Notes: generated by a model from the sequence alone, not told the origin. A stretch of DNA of 64,000 bases from Dicyema japonicum (GCA_011109175.1 RDEW01000030.1:490094-554093), one strand, 5' to 3'. Positions 47,985 to 61,150 are shown, counted from the first letter of the stretch. A program made the numbers and translations.

Positions 47985-48292
47985 GTGTAGTTGTTGTCGG
48001 GAGCGCGGTAGACACACTGTATTCCGCGGAAAAAACGATGATGGCAAAGGAGAAGAAGTACGAAGCGCTACGCGACCGATTCGCGTTTTATCCGATAGTG
48101 GTCGAGACAACTGGAGGAATAAGTGGAAAATCGCTTCGCTTCCTAAAGAAACTTGGACGCTTAGCTACACTAAAAAGCCACGACGCACGTGAGACCCGGT
48201 GGCTACTCCAGTTGATCTCTGTTGCAATCGTGAGAGGCAACGCAACGTCGATAATGTCGGCGGGGTCCACTTTGGATGGATGGCAGTTTTAA
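47985..48292 (+). mobile_element. CRE-like non-LTR element, RLE domain 3' fragment
   Basis: EKKYEALRDRFAFYPIVVETTGG...QLISVAIVRGNATSI. Confidence 0.85.
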
Positions 48293-48419
48293 ATATGCTT
48301 TACTGGGGATAAATTAACTGATTATTTTATTTATTTGAAATATTAATTTATTTAACAAAAATTTATTAACATAAAAAAACTAAGTAAAATCTTTATTAAA
48401 ATACGGAATAATGTAATTC

Positions 48420-48830
48420 GAAAAGTTTTTGGGTTTAAAATTTCGGTCTTCAGATAGTAATTTTCAAAATAAAGAAAACTTCTCTACGTGGAAGGACACT
48501 TTTTCAGATAGTTGTATACATATGGAGAATATGTTGTTTTTCCATAGACATATAATCATGATTCCAGATACTTTTCAATTCCACATAAATCGTATCCGAA
48601 ATACAATTTCTGAATGTGTTCTACTATGAAATAGGTTTCTTCTGCCTTCTTTACCAATTCACATATTCCTTCATATTGGCATAATATTGCTGATAAATTT
48701 TTACGTAGTTCGTTTTGACAAACCGCTTGCAAACATCTTTCGACTAAAATCCCTTCTCCATCGAAACTTTGAATTATTTTTCTTATTTCGGTGTAATTTT
48801 TGCTTTTTGAGTTAATTAAGGAAAAAAATT
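48420..48830 (-). mobile_element. Probable hAT-like transposase C-terminal relic
   Basis: VEKFSLF*KLLSEDRNFKP resembles VERSFS...LSDRR.NF; weak. Confidence 0.35.
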
Positions 48831-50701
48831 AAGGACATAGGCATTTTAGTAACTTCTACGAAAAATCCATTGAAAATTGAAAAAATAGTAGAGATTATGC
48901 GCTATTTCGCATGACTATTCACATAATTTTTTTTAGAATTAACGAATTATTAACAAAAGAGTAAGGAGTTTTCTGGAGAGTATTACATCTGAGTCCTACC
49001 ATAAGGCTTGGACTCCATACTGGACCCTTCCTCCTTTATTTTATTAATTTTTTACAGAACGTTTCTCCAATCTTTATATACGTCTCCTGGATCTTTGATC
49101 TCCTCCTGAAACCATTGATCCGATCTTCCACAACCCTCCTAATCGGTTCTAAGAGCTTGTTTTTGTCCTCGCTTAAACAGTCTTTCAGTTTCTTGTTTAA
49201 GGAGAGCTTAATTGCAGCTCTTAATTGCAACTTTTTAAAGTTAAAAAAATGTTTGCCCTAATCATCACAATTGGTAAAATTTAATGATGTAAGATTTTTA
49301 TGTGAAAACTTAATTTTGATTTACTCAATTTCTCAATACACTTGATAACGGCTTTAGTGTTTTGAAGAACTTTTATATATTTATTTCCCCAAGGCATACA
49401 ATTTTTGGTAATCCAGCAATCATACCTAATTAATCCAAGGAAAAAATAAAGAGAGAACGTCTGCTTGTACTGATAAAATCTATCCTCCAATAGTCCATTA
49501 CAGGCTTCCGCTTCATAAGAGAGGTAGAGAAGTAGGTCCGCTTTCTTCCATTTTCATCATACGTCCTACCATCACGGACATCACTACATTCTTTGACAAA
49601 AGGTCTGAGATATGAAAGATGTTCATGATGAAAACGAGTCTATTAGTTGATCAAGACTCCAAAAAAGATTTCAGGGATGTTTGCTCCAAATTTTTTGCAT
49701 GTTGGGTATACTTTGTCAACTTTACTAATATATGAGGGTCGGGGAACTCACAGTAGAAGATGTTATACGGTTTAGAGGAATGGTACAACTAAAAAAAAGA
49801 CTCAATTCTCAAGAAATTTGAGAATACACGGAATTTTGCTTTAAAGCTTACTTAAATCCTCGTATGCCGATTCCCCTATGGTTGGAAGGAAAAATGTGCA
49901 AGGTCGGTGGAACTATCAAAAATATTATTCGAGGTTTCAAAACCGTACAAAAGTATCTGGGACTTATCTTCAAAGATTACTCTTAGTTTGATCGATTTCT
50001 TGGAAAGACTCTATGGGTACAAGCCTTACCTTTCCGAAGTACTTCCTCTCAACATAATTAATAGTGTTTACTTACATAATAACTTAACTTGCAGTAAAAG
50101 ATAGACTTAAAGATCTTCCTCCTTGCAGAAATGTAAAAATCAAACAAAAAACAAAATAATGACTCCTTAACACTGGTCTCTCGATATCGAAGGGTTGGCT
50201 ATTGGGGTACCCTCATTCCAATCAATAATCTTAATTCAGTTTTCGCTAACGCAGGTATAAGAAAGATATTGAGTTAACAGTTATACGGGAGAATCATTTT
50301 GTTCCGTTGTGGTGGTGGGCGAGGTTACAATATAATTGTCTTCACCATTGATAGATGGATTTTCTGGTTCATTGGTAGTAACTGTACTTTCTTGTTCTAA
50401 ATAAAATTTTTTGTATGGTAGAGTTTTGCATCTAAGAATCTGGAAATATTTAGACACTAATAAGTTGTCTTGGATAGTCTTAGGCTTGAAAACTCGCATA
50501 ATACGTGTTCTTCAAGAAATTAAGAATTAATCAACTTTTCATCACAATACTGTATAATTCCATATTCAGGAGGTTGATGATCGTCTGTTTCAAAATCCTG
50601 TTGTTGTAAGTATTTAATAATATATTTAAAGGAAATAGATAATGAATGCATTTCCTTCCGAAAATTTATAACAACAAAAACATTGTGAAAATACGAATAT
50701 A

Positions 50702-51497
50702 CAGTCCGACCTCTATTTAGGGCGCACCTCCGAGGTGTGGAACCTCTATTTTTTGGGAAAACTCCGTTTTGAGGCGTTCTATATATTTTCTACCAAAAGT
50801 ATATTAAACTAAGTAAATTTAGCACTTCTATTTGGGGCATTAATTTTTTATTCAAAATAGAGTTACGTCTCCATCTATGAAGTGGTACCAATGATCTGCA
50901 TGGAGTGAAGCTCATATTATTTCTAACTGTTGGCAAAAAAATTTTCGACAATCTCTATCTCATTTAAATTGCATAAATGAATCATATGAAGAAATGTTTA
51001 ATAATGTCCATTGTTGTCGAGACGAGTCATGGGCTCAAAGCGGTCTCTTTTCTATGATAGCTTGGGTCAATGATTTCGAAAGTCAGCAACGAGTGTCGGG
51101 AAACATAATGGTTGTTCCAAAGGATTTCTCTGGCAGTTGTCAGGGGAACAGCCGTTCCTTTCTATCAGCTGGACTATTTTGATTGTCTTGTTTCGTAATA
51201 AATTGTTTTCCCTTTTAATAATGCTATTGATGAATGTGAAATTGAAGAAGATAATGATGCATATCTCTATGAGGAGATAGACTATGAACCCTCAATATCA
51301 AAAATTTTAAGTTTGATGGAAAACCCAGAGGCTAACATTTTTGATTTGATCCCAGACTATCTTCATGATTTTTATGAATTCAAAAAGTGACGGTAGGAAT
51401 AAATATAAATATGGAGAGAAAATAACATTATTTATCGAGCTATATAGGAAAATATCTGATTTTGGGCATTATGTGCCCCCAATTAGAGGTCGGACTG
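50702..51497. mobile_element. Non-autonomous Tigger/pogo element (MITE-like) with intact TIRs and TA TSD
   Basis: Perfect 14-bp TIR CAGTCCGACCTCTA (50702-50715 and 51484-51497), flanked by TA on both sides. Confidence 0.9.
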
Positions 51498-51679
51498 TAA
51501 AGCCATTTTCCGACTGACTTCTGATTATAACAAGATATAAATAATAACCATTACACAGTGCTAAACATGCCCCCTTCGAGTGTAACCCGTGTGAAATATA
51601 TATCCATGACCATCATAGATATAATATTTTCCGTTTTTCAGTTCTCCTGTTATGAGAATATTTATCCTGAACACCATAA

Positions 51680-51740
51680 GTCGGGATGGCGCGATGTCAT
51701 AGGTGCCTGGTAAAAGCCCTGGGATCGAATCTCACTGCTG
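51680..51740 (+). other. tRNA-like Pol III head (A and B box), probably a SINE 5' end rather than a functional tRNA
   Basis: TGGCGCGATG (A-box-like) and GGGATCGAATC (B-box-like); no convincing full cloverleaf. Confidence 0.45.
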
Positions 51741-51820
51741 TACATTCCACTCATTTATGATGATTTGGGTATGACCAATGAGGATGTCATCAGTGAATAT
51801 TTTTAGACTTTTGATTCTAC

Positions 51821-52079
51821 GGCCACGTGGTGCCATGTGGTCACTTGATTAAGATTTTTCTTTTTTTCTGTGGTGGCCTCATTGGATCCACCTTACTCAG
51901 GAGACGCCCAATGCCTGTCCGGCATTCAAAAAGATCCATCTATTCATTCCACTGAGAGACAATTTCGTTTTCTGGCGACGAGTTCTGGAACGTCCTCTGA
52001 TCACTGTGCTTGGGTGGAGGTTCTGCTGGAACTCGACAGGGTCAAAAAATCGGAATTTACCCTTTGTCTTTGGAATAAT
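51821..52079 (+). repeat. SINE-like family A copy
   Basis: GGCCACGTGGTGCCATGTGG...CATTGGATCCACCTTACTCAGGAGACGCCC...GTCTTTGGAATAAT. Confidence 0.82.
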
Positions 52080-52377
52080 ATAATTTAACTCGGTAATTTA
52101 TCCAATACCGGATTGAAAGAATTTTTATTTTTAAATCAAACAATTATGATTTATTATAATTTTAACTAAATTTGATCCCCATGACGGAGTCCTGTAAGAT
52201 GGAAAATGGGTGGATGGAATTGCAATTTTTCGTTCGATGAGGGTAAGTCACCAGCATGGAACGTCATTTTTTATTGATTTTTATCTCCTACTGATATAAT
52301 TGGAAACCCAGTAAAGGAATTTATCTGCTGCAAAAACGGCGAAGAAGTGTTTCTTGACCGGTTCACGTTCTGTGCTA

Positions 52378-52432
52378 CAGTCCGACCCCGAATTGGGGCA
52401 GACCCCAGGGGTGGGGCACCCTCGGATTTTGG
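52378..52432 (+). mobile_element. Solo Tigger/pogo left end
   Basis: TA|CAGTCCGACCCCG...TGGGGCACCCTC aligns with the reverse complement of 1700-1748 and with 50702. Confidence 0.7.
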
Positions 52433-53928
52433 AATTCTTTGAGAGCATAGGACTAGATTTGAATTATTCAAAGTCTGCGACTAACACGCAAGTATGTAAC
52501 GAGTTAGTAAGAGTCCTAGAGGAACACGAAGGGTATAAGTATATGGGTGTTACCGAATCTCCAAAGTCTCTTATAATGCTTGAGACAAAGCGACAAATTA
52601 CTGAAGGCATCCGTAAAAGAGCAGTTATTGTGTAAGACGTCTCTAAATGCAAGGAATTTGTTCCTAGCATTAAATGAGTATGCTGTCTCGCTGCTAAACT
52701 ACTACATAGGTGTTGTGGAGTTTGAGCCCAAAGAGTATGATGAGATGGATGTTATGATCCGTGGAGTACTCAGAGAGAACCATGTCCATGTGCTGGCAGC
52801 CAATAAGGAGAGACTATATTTACCCCGTGATAAATTCGGCCGTGGACTGTGTGGAGTAGTCCAACTAAGTGAGCGTATCCTAATGCGAATGCACGACACC
52901 CTGATAGCTGGGTCAAGTGTGTCTGCTAGGAAGCACGCCATAATAACGACCGAGAAAACACGGGCAACCCACCTAGGCACTATCAGACCTTTTTTGTCTG
53001 CTAAGTATGGTGTTGATGATGGTGGGCTAGTAAATGTGAAGGCGTTGATCGAATTACAATATAATATTTGATGGAAAAGATCAACTTAAAAAGCCTTCAT
53101 AAGGTCCTCTTCAGAGCATTGGACAACCCACATGTCGACCTTAAGTCGTCGACAATATGGCTAAAATACGGTGACAACTCACCTCGATCGGAGGCGCTGT
53201 ACACGTATATGCAAGACCGCAATATTTTTTGGGGTCGATCAACAAATACATGTCCCCACTGTAAGTCAAGGAGCATGTCGGTTGATCATTTAGCCACTCG
53301 ATGTGGATCCATGCTCTGCCACGACTATGTGTGGAGGCATAACGAGGTAGTAAGGAGTCTTCATCTTCTACTATGCAATAAGTATGGTATTCGCCACACC
53401 AGAAAGTTGCGGACTCATAAGGTGCAATCTGTAGTAGAGAACACCAGGGTCCAAATTAAGTAGACAGTGTTTATCCGTACTTCGGTGCTAGTCAAGCACA
53501 ATAAACCGGACATTGTGGTACACGATAAGGAGTCTGGCCAAGTACTTATCATAGAGGTTGGCATCACGTATCAAGACCGTTTGCAGACTGTGGAGGTGGA
53601 GAAAAAAAGGAAGTATGACTTTCTTGCAAACAAGATGGGGCAGATGCTTGGTTGCAAGGTCCTCGTTATTCCTATAGTAATGACGTGGGAAGGAATTGCA
53701 ACAAAGTACCACAAGGGTTATCTGAAGTAGTTGGGAGTAGATAGGAAGCTCCAGGCCTATCTACAGTCCACTGTGTTAAAGGGGACCCTAGAGAGCCTGA
53801 CACTGGAGTATAGGAGGCAGAGCCCTGAGATGCCATATGGGCAGAGGGTTCAATTGGACAAGGCGCTCTCGGAATTGTTTCAGCAACCAGAATCGAACCT
53901 GCCTGAGGAGGCTGACGAACAGGCATGA
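52433..53928 (+). mobile_element. 5'-truncated R4/R2-like non-LTR retrotransposon (RT C-terminus, CCHC finger, restriction-like endonuclease)
   Basis: YKYMGV, ERLYLPRDKFGRGL, CPHC..SVDHLATRC, YVWRHNEV, KPDIVV..IEVG..KKRKYD; in-frame stops and one frameshift. Confidence 0.92.
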
Positions 53929-54334
53929 AGGTTGTTGATTATTAAATACATTAACTTTTTTATTGTTTGTTAAATAAAGTGGGATAAATTATTTTTTTGA
54001 AAATATCAACTATAAAATATGGTTTTAGTGGAATTAACTCGAGAAGTAATTGAAAAATGAAGATTTTCAGTGAATCGGGACAACTCGACGAATTCATTGA
54101 CTGGAGAGAAAGGGCAAAAATCAAACGATGTTCTCAAAGGTTCAAGGAATCCGGGGCGGTCGAGAGTTGCGATTCTTTTGTATTGAGGAAGCTGAATTAA
54201 AACAAAAATAAATTGAAGTTGTATATTTGTTGATTTAAATTAGACTTAACATAATCTAAATCACTTTGGACGTGATAAATTATATAGTTTACTGTCACTT
54301 ACCATTTATTATTATAAGCAACATGCCATAATAA

Positions 54335-54580
54335 TTATAATTTCACTCGTGCAGCATTCGAAACAATCCTACGAACCAACCGTTTCCAATCTCCTCGATC
54401 GTAAGACTGTTTCCTCAACTCGTCCAGATCGTCTCCACTTCTTAGAATTTTGTTCACAAGCTTTAAATCTCCAATAAGTGTTTCTGGTAGTGTAATACGC
54501 CGGCGTCCACTGAAACACGGTCCCTGTCTCATGAAGTAATCCTACATTACTATGTTGGCTGGAGCACCCAAGTCCATTAC
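54335..54580 (-). mobile_element. RTE LINE 3' fragment
   Basis: Same terminus ..NAARVKL* as 1752-2027. Confidence 0.85.
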
Positions 54581-54599
54581 CATATATGGCGTAAGATTT

Positions 54600-55492
54600 T
54601 CAGAATCCTGAATGGAATTTTTTGCATAATTGGATCTACAATTATTCTCCATACAGATAATGGAAAGGAAATCAAAAATTCAACTTTGCAAAAAATACAA
54701 TATTTCCCACGTTTCGGGACGACCACGAGCTCCATGGATACAGGGATAAGTCGAACGGTATTTTTTTAATGTCAATAGATTTAATCAATAAAAAGATGAA
54801 TCTCATCGACGAGTGCATCAACAGGCAATTTTTGATGCTATATCAATTTGATAAAAAACGTTTTTCGCGATTATAATTATGCTGTCCACGGTACAACAAA
54901 ACAAAGACCATTTGAATTTTTTTTCAATGTGAATATTTTTAAAAAATATGAAAAAAGGGAATTAGAAGCGCTACTAGATTTTGATGGCCAAAATGAAAAC
55001 GAAGAAGTATTAGTACATTCTTGGTCGCATCGAAAAAAATTAGAGGGACAGGAAAAACGAAGAATTGCCCTGGAAAATATTGTCAAATCAGACGAAAAAA
55101 TGAAAAACCGTAGAAGTTCCATCGTTTGGGAACCCCTGTCTTATACGAACAAATTTGAACAAAAAAATATACAGTAACGGTTCCAACAATTATGCTGTCC
55201 ACGGTACAACAAAACAAAGACCATTCGAATTTTTTTTCAATGTGAATATTTTTAAAAAATATGAAAAAAGGGAATTAGAAGCGCTACTAGATTTTGACGG
55301 CCAAAATGAAAACGAAAAAGTATTAGTACATTCTTGGTCGCATCGAAAAAAATTAGAGGGACAGGAAAAACGAAGAATTGCCTTGGAAAATATTGTCAAA
55401 TCAGACGAAAAAATGAAAAACCGTAGAAGTTCCATCGTTTGGGAACCCCTGTCTTATACGAACAAATTTGAACAAAAAAATATACAGTAACG
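54600..55492 (+). mobile_element. Retroviral-type integrase relic (Ginger/KRBA2-like) with 313-bp tandem duplication
   Basis: LHTDNGKE, SGRPRAPWIQG*VER and YNYAVHGTTKQRPFE; repeat units start at 54875 and 55188. Confidence 0.75.
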
Positions 55493-56349
55493 AATTCCGA
55501 AGAGAATTGATCACAATACTAGATGATGAAGATAAAGAAATTAACACCATACACATAAGATGCGTCGAAAAATTATGATAATTTTTATTCTTTTATTTTT
55601 TTGATTTGTGTTGTTAGAAAAAATTGTATCAAACATACCGCGACATATGTCTACTTTCAGTAAGCCGGCCGAATACTAAAGCTTCTTATGAGCAAATTAC
55701 TAAAAAGAAAATTAATTTATAAAAGAAAGGGAATTAGCACGGAAATATGTTCTATTTTAATGCTGCTTCACGGATCCTTTTAGAATGGCAATTCCGACCC
55801 TCTGCATAAGCCAGATACTAAATTAAAAAAATTTAAAATAACATTTTTTAATTAATTTTATTGCTAAAAATAGTTTAGTCAACCATTTTTCGTGAATTTT
55901 TAAATAAAATGAAAAAACGCTACATTCAATCAATGATTCTAATGGGTTGTTGGTTTGCAAGGGGTCTTATTATCGAACAAGCTCGGTATTCGCTGACAAA
56001 AGATAATCATTGTTAAAAAAATTGACTTCCCCCATTTAGAAGGAAATGTCACAACTAACTAGTGGATAGTGCTGTCACACTGCACTTAGATTCCCGCGCA
56101 ACTACACACTTGGTCAAAGGATTTCATTTCTTTGCTTTCTTTAATGCCTTGAAAAGTCATTGGCCTGACCGGCATCCAAAAAGGATCCCCTTCTTCCCCA
56201 CTCCAGTGGAGTGGTTCCCACATTTGTGGAATAGGGAAAAAGATACGTTCCACTACGATATGGAAAATTAGATTAAACCCTTCCCAGGTATATTCATGGT
56301 TATTTAAAAACGTCATTAACTCCACAATCCGCGGTCAACATTAATTTAT

Positions 56350-56760
56350 TTATTAACCCCGGGATCATCGAGAAAGAAAAACAAATGTAATGTCTACTAG
56401 TTAGGTGATCCCAGTTCCCGCAACCAAACGTCCCATCCGAAGCCTATGTATCTCAATTGTTTCCACTGTCAAACGGAAATGCCTTTTTTGATCCTTGCAG
56501 AGGAAGCCGATTGGGGACGGAAATTTCTTAACAACCGATTTTCTTTTGCGTGGAACAGTGAGAGGCTTAGTGGGTGTCCATCTTCCTCGCAAATGCGGAA
56601 AAATCCGTAGATTCCGTCAGCAGGGGAGATATTTTTGTTCCACATCCCAGCATACGTATTGTTTTCCTTTACAGTAAGTTTAGTTTTTGAATAGTGTCCT
56701 TTGATAACGCGAATCTCCACGCAGCAGAGGAATATTCCACGGCCGGGGTTGTCTGGCGGT
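56350..56760 (-). mobile_element. jockey/I-like LINE 3' fragment
   Basis: VEYSSAAWRFAL and MEIRVIKGHY..RICEEDGHPL parallel 34552-34824; CCCGGGGTT(AAT) tail. Confidence 0.75.
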
Positions 56761-56866
56761 ATATGATTCCGATTACATTATTAATATAATGCGGTGAACA
56801 TAAAACAACAAAGAATACAAAAACAAATTAAAAACATAATAAAAATAAGAATATAAATAAAAATTA

Positions 56867-58761
56867 CTAATACCTCCATCTGAAATAAAAATAAAGAGTA
56901 CATTTTAAGTAATTTATCAAAAGATCCACTGACAACCCTCTGTCCATCAGGACTCCAATCGACAGTGAAAACCTAACATAAGTAATAGCTAACCTCCTTT
57001 GAATGCCCAGGCAAATCCTTCAACAACTTCATTTTCTCCATATCCCACACTTTTACAGTTGAATCAAAACTTCCTGAGCACAAAAGCCGGCTATCCGGCG
57101 ACCAAGAAATTTGATATACACGTGACACATGCCCTCTGAGTGTGTTCAAATAACTAGACAATGAAAAAGCAATAATACGCTCCATTAGACGAACGCCAAA
57201 CTTTAATTGACTTGTCAAAAGAAGCTGTAACCAGAATTTGTCCATTTGGAGAAAAAGCCATGTCGTTTATGAGATCCTGGTGCCCGGTTAGTCTGTGAGC
57301 AGGCTTATTGTCCTTCCAAATAATGGCGGTGAAGTCATCGGAAGCAGAGGCCAACACTTCAGGAAATTTTTCCTAAAAAATATTAATCAAGTGAATTAAT
57401 TCTTTATTATTTTTATATTAAGGAGCGCGAATGGAGAACCAATTGCTCTTCCAAAATAGAAGTTTTCCGTTATTATGAAATAACTCCCATCCATAAATAA
57501 GCGCAACGAGTCATATATTATTCAAATGTTAAGTATAATTTAGGGATAAATGTAATTAAAATAATATAAAGGCGTAGAAAATAAAATAATATTTAAATAA
57601 AATACCAAGAATTTTTTGACTCTTAGTGAGGCCATTTGTTGTGCCTCCTCATCTATGAATGCTAAATAAACAGAATTACCTGTTAAATTTGTAGCAGCAA
57701 TTGCTGCTTTGGCAGGATCGAACGGACCTGTCTTAACTACGTAATCAGTAGTTAGTGTGATCTGGTTGACCCAATGTGCATGCCCAGATAGAGTTTGCAC
57801 CAGGTTTCCCTACTATAATATAACCCCCAACATTATCAGCATTCCAAATCTTGATAGTCCGGTCATGTGACCCCGAATAGATAAGATTTGAGATCCCCCA
57901 TTTAACTGAGGTGACCGATGATGTGTGAGAACTCAATGTAAGGATTGAATGCCCCGTAATTGTATCCCAGATCCTCACGGTCGCGTCCTAAAGTCAAATT
58001 AATTCCTTACTTTGGAGGCGCTGGCTAAAAAGCGACAACTTCCGTCCCTTAACGGTAAAATAAACAAAAAACAAGCAGACAGGCTTAAAAACAAGCGAAT
58101 TTATGAATGCAGTGTGTCCGGACATTGTGGCGCCCCTTTTTTGACCAGTTTGAGCATCCCAGAGAAATATTTGTCCCCTTCGACATCCGGAGGCCAAGAC
58201 CTTCCCATTTCCGGACCAAGCAACAGCCATCACCCAATCCAGATGACCTGAATATTATAATTCCTGGTACCAGTGCACGTGTGAAGAGGAAGCTCAGTGT
58301 TGAGGTCCCAAAAACGAACAGTACGATCCCCCGATCCACTAGCAAGAGCCCTAAGCAATTATTGAAATGATTTTGACCTTCCATTAGGACTAAATCTAGC
58401 ATGGAGCACCGAATCTCCGTGTCCCGCCATGGCAGAAGTGCAGCGAGTTACTGGACGAACACGGAACACTGCCTGTGGCTGACACGTGATCGGGACAATT
58501 TTCTCTTCGCTCATTTTTAGCTCGCTTAGGCATTCAAGTAATGTGGCAACTATCTCCACGTTATTTACGAAGAAACGATAAGGGACAGATTCAAAGTCAT
58601 CATCAGCCTGATGGTAAACATGTGAGTACTTTTGGAAATGCGCTGTTACAAAGCGATTGAAGTTGAGTCCTCGTAATTGTCATGGGAATATCGACTGGGG
58701 AACTGAAATCCCCTCCTGTACCAATCTCAAGACGAGCCAAGATCCTTTTTTCGTCCAACAT
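56867..58761 (-). CDS. NLE1: Notchless / Rsa4 WD40 ribosome-biogenesis factor
   Basis: UBL-like N-terminus, QPQAVFRVRPVTRCTSAMAGH, multiple WD40 repeats and end VFTVDWSPDGQRVVSGSFDKLLKIWRY*; 21-27 nt GT-AG introns. Confidence 0.95.
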
Positions 58762-58899
58762 CGAACGTTATAATAGCACGTGCTTATAATTTAAATATAA
58801 TATAATTTTTTAATTATTATAATAATAAAGTTTTTAATTCGCTTTTATAATCTTGCCACATCATCCACTAGAACAGTATTTTTCCATACGATTCTGGTC

Positions 58900-59790
58900 G
58901 ATGTGGGAGACTATGGTACGTCAACATTAATTAAATATCTCTCTTATTACCGATTGGGGTACCACAAGGTTCCTCACAATGTCCTCCATTATTTAATCTG
59001 TTTTTATCGGATATCCCAAATGTCAATCTGCAAGTTTATGCAGATGATATTATCATCGCTTCTAGGAACAGATCCCCATCCCTTGTGGCTGCCGCTGTTC
59101 AATAACACCTCAACCGAGTGCATGATTGGTTCGGTATTAATTCTCTTACTGATTTTGTGGCATGTTTGTGGCATAATGCACATTCACGATATTTACCTCA
59201 GATAGAAAGTCCAAATGTGAGACCAAAATGTACATTGGGGAATCCTTATTCCAATATCGGGTAAACAGAAGATTTCGGGATTAATGCGATTCATAATGAC
59301 TTTATCTCATCAAGCTGAAGAAGTCTTGACTGAGAAACTCCTGAAATTGAATGTTCTAAAGCCAATTATAAGAAGAGTCCCTTCACTCCTGTTGACAGCA
59401 TATCCGATTGTATACCAAAGTCATCATTCCAACAATCGAATACGCCTGCCCCACATGGAGGTTTGCGCTATCCTCATCCAAAGACGACAAACTAACTAAA
59501 TCAGACAGAAAAGTACAAATTTGTTTCCCACATTATTGCAATCCTCTCCACTTTCTTTTTAGAAGAATCAACGGGGAACCATGGTTGTGGTTTCCCGTGT
59601 TCTACAAAGAACCAGGGAGACCATTGGGTGATGCAATTACTCACGCACAGGAAGTTCGATTGGTCCTAAAAAGAAACAGATCGAGTTCCTTTGTGGACAT
59701 TCTCGGAAGCTCTACCGTTCTACAGTTGGAACATTGGAAGACCATGCAAGGAGAATCCAGAATTAATGGAAGCTGAGATCACTTAATAAG
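58900..59790 (+). mobile_element. Decayed jockey/I-like LINE (RT core to 3' end)
   Basis: GVPQGSS..PLFNLFLSDIP..QVYADDI and IIPTIEYACPTWRFAL. Confidence 0.85.
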
Positions 59791-60177
59791 TTTTTTTAAC
59801 ATCTTGCTTAATGATCATGGGTTTTTAATGATGCCATGTGATTTGCTTATATTATCGGCTACTTCTCTACCAACATACGTATATCTTCTCTAGTACTTAT
59901 TATCTACCAACATACTTCTCCTAGTTCACAACAAATCATATTTTTGAATGTCTTGAACATGCATGCTGTCCGCCTACCACGCCAAAGTTGACCGATCTAA
60001 GGGAGCAGCAGTCATTTTCCATGTCCTACTTAATAGACACTAGTCTCCTACATGTTAGTGAGGTTGGAAATACTTACCTAACTTGTGACTTCTAATGACA
60101 AGGAATAACCGCTCCACTGGAAGGATGAGGAGAAGATATCGAAAAACAGAGAATTTTCCTACTATTCGTTTTTCCAT

Positions 60178-61150
60178 TTACCATTTTTTGACAAAACACG
60201 TTATATTTAACAATAAAATATTATTTATTAACAATAACGGGAAAGACGAAGTGCAATTTCCGTTTCCGCGGACAAGTGCAAACCCAATTCGTTGCCTCAG
60301 CCAGACCGATTCCCGCACGTTTTTCTTACGATGGGCCAATTTCCCCCGATTTCCTTCAGGAAAGACTGTGATACTTCCCGCAGCACCAGACGTTTTGATT
60401 GCCGCCGGTACAAAACGAAAGCGATCTCCAATTTCACCATATTTTTTAATCTTGATTTTTTGACCAAATAGGCTGCCGAGCTGAGCATCATCGAGTTCGA
60501 GAAAGAATCCACACAAGTGCAGTCCCACACGAGCGATTTTCCCTCAGAGAACGGAAAGATTGTTAGCCCATCCTGTCTTTTCCCTTCTCCGCAGTCCAAA
60601 CCCACGGGCTCCAGCACTGCCAGGAAACCTGCAGCTTCAAGAGCACGCATGATAATGTTGTTCATAGCAGCGTGGCGGGGTGCTCTCCCCGCACTCCTTT
60701 TGTACGAAAGCGGATGCAACCCTTTGGCATTGACGATTCCCCCATAACGACATTGGTGTTCGACGCATACATCAACTCCCAGCGCTGTGTGATCCCAATC
60801 CGAATACAGTCATCGTCCAAAAGGGTCCCCAGAGAGGAATTCGAAAGTGCATCCAGCCACGCTCCGCTCCCATGGTTGGCGACGGACGCGAGGCATGCAA
60901 GGCGATGCTGGTTGGCCTCAGACTTTAGCACTTCGAAGATATTCTTGGAGTAGATCTCATCCCAGTCTCGTTGCCTCGAAGGATCGGCGAGCTTCGTCGA
61001 AGACTTTTTCCCATGAAAGTCCGGTTGGAAAACGTAGGATATTTTGGGCCAAAAGACTTCCACTTGAAAGCGATGACAGATATGCTGGAAAAGCGATCTC
61101 CAGTGCCGATCTGAGACCCGTACCTCCGAGGCGTGAAAAAACAATGTCAT
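60178..61150 (-). mobile_element. CRE-like non-LTR element, longer 3' fragment
   Basis: SGAWLDAL..SLGTLLDDD, RAPRHAAMNNII, GKRQDGLTIFPFSEGKSLVWDCTCVD and WLRQRIGFALVRGN. Confidence 0.88.

Noticed and set aside
51680-51755. Functional tRNA gene
   Set aside because: A and B boxes are present, but acceptor and anticodon stems do not pair convincingly.
53068-53928. TAG read-through or alternative genetic code, suggested by two in-frame TAGs in the R4-like ORF
   Set aside because: NLE1 ends at TAG, RPLP1 at TAA, and MLH3 and SMN at TGA at expected positions; the stops lie in a decaying transposon.
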